A stretch of DNA of 64,000 bases from Mustelus asterias. Its lineage: Eukaryota. Position numbers and translations under genes: made by a program. The stretch is taken from the NCBI RefSeq assembly GCF_964213995.1, contig NC_135822.1, positions 68,324,001 to 68,388,000 of the forward strand. Reading direction: 5' to 3'. The notes under the pieces are model-generated. The model ran no database searches, was not told the DNA's origin, and was given only the letters and a program-made list of their open reading frames with translations. Positions within the stretch are counted from its first letter, which is position 1. The number at the start of each line of letters is the position of its first letter. Of this stretch, positions 63,213-64,000 are shown piece after piece.

Positions 63213-63249
63213 CACCTGAAGAAGGGGCTTAGAGCCTCGAAAGCTTGTG
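63213..63249 (+). ncRNA. Minimal hammerhead ribozyme motif
   Basis: CAC CTGAAGA A GGGGC TTAGA GCCTC GAA AGCT T GTG. Confidence 0.72.
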
Positions 63250-63585
63250 TGGCTTTTGCTACCAAATAAACCTGTTGGACTTTAACCTGGTGTTGTTAAA
63301 CTTCTTACTGTGTTTACCCCAGTCCAACGCCGGCATCTCCACATCATAAGGTATATGAGACATTAACAAAACTTGGAAGCCAAGGCATCACCTGTGAAAA
63401 GCGAAAATCAACCTTACTGACTTCGTGGCCAAGAATTGTAATCGCACCATTCTCATTTTTCATCCATGAAACAAAATCCATTCTGGCAGGTGAGCTCTGT
63501 GTGTTGCAGGCGGCATGGTGGCACATTTGATTAGTATCATATATTGTTGGTATGAAATAGAAGATATATATATCTAATGGGTGGA

Positions 63586-63877
63586 ACGGTGATACAGTGG
63601 TTAGCACTGCTGCCTCACAACTTCAGGGACCTGGGTTCGATTCCCGGCTCGGCTCACTGTCTGTGCGGAGTCTGCACCTTCTCCCCGTGTCTGCGTGGGT
63701 TTTGTCCGGGTGCTCCGGTTTCCTCCGAAAGACCTGCTGGTTAGGGGCATTGGCCATACTAAATTCACCCCCAGTGTACCCAAACAGGCGCCGGAATGTG
63801 GCGACTAGGGGATTTCCGCAGTAACTTCATTGCAGTGTTAATGTACGCTGACTTGTGGCACGAATAAATAAACTTAA
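63586..63877 (+). mobile_element. V-SINE type B
   Basis: Head, V-domain and type B tail ending AATAAATAAAC. Confidence 0.87.
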
Positions 63878-64000
63878 AACTCATGGAAATGTCACTCGCT
63901 GTATTTATAAAGGCAGAAAATAGAATGAGAGGTCCAGGGTGCACACCCAAAACAGGAGGTTGGCCCTATGCAGGTGCAAATATAAACCCTCCTTGCAAAA

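Larger units (their letters stand above)
62705..63346. mobile_element. Penelope-like element reduced to inverted pseudo-LTRs
   Basis: About 260-bp inverted arms (62705-62967 and 63048-63310). 12-bp TSD TAAGGTATATGA at 62693-62704 and 63347-63358. Confidence 0.93.

Noticed and set aside
32019-63358. Penelope target specificity (AGGTAT in two TSDs)
   Set aside because: The two elements are in opposite orientation relative to the motif and the third TSD (CTTCAAGACAG) lacks it. Three cases are too few.

Overview
A repeat-dense, non-coding stretch of a vertebrate genome, almost certainly a shark: it carries HE1-type V-SINEs, HER1/CR1 LINEs and SacSINE1-like Deu-SINEs. I found no host exon, tRNA, rRNA or CRISPR array I can support. 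Contents: one nearly intact 4.77-kb Gypsy (Mag-like) LTR retrotransposon inside a CR1 (54470-59239); a decayed Gypsy integrase with nested insertions; five solo LTRs; three Penelope-like insertions carrying five hammerhead-ribozyme motifs; many CR1, Rex1/Babar, L2, RTEX-like and Tx1-like LINE 3' ends; four SINE types; Harbinger-like MITEs; and two minisatellites. Most interesting: (1) the Gypsy element has no tRNA primer-binding site but a 15-nt perfect complement of its own LTR poly(A)-signal region, suggesting self-priming and/or poly(A) occlusion; (2) a V-SINE subfamily ends in the Rex1/Babar 3' stem-loop with a compensatory base pair; (3) two ectopic templated insertions appear to have been mediated by repeat homology. 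Family names come from recall of consensus sequences, not a database search. Boundaries of decayed repeats are approximate (about +/-20 bp).
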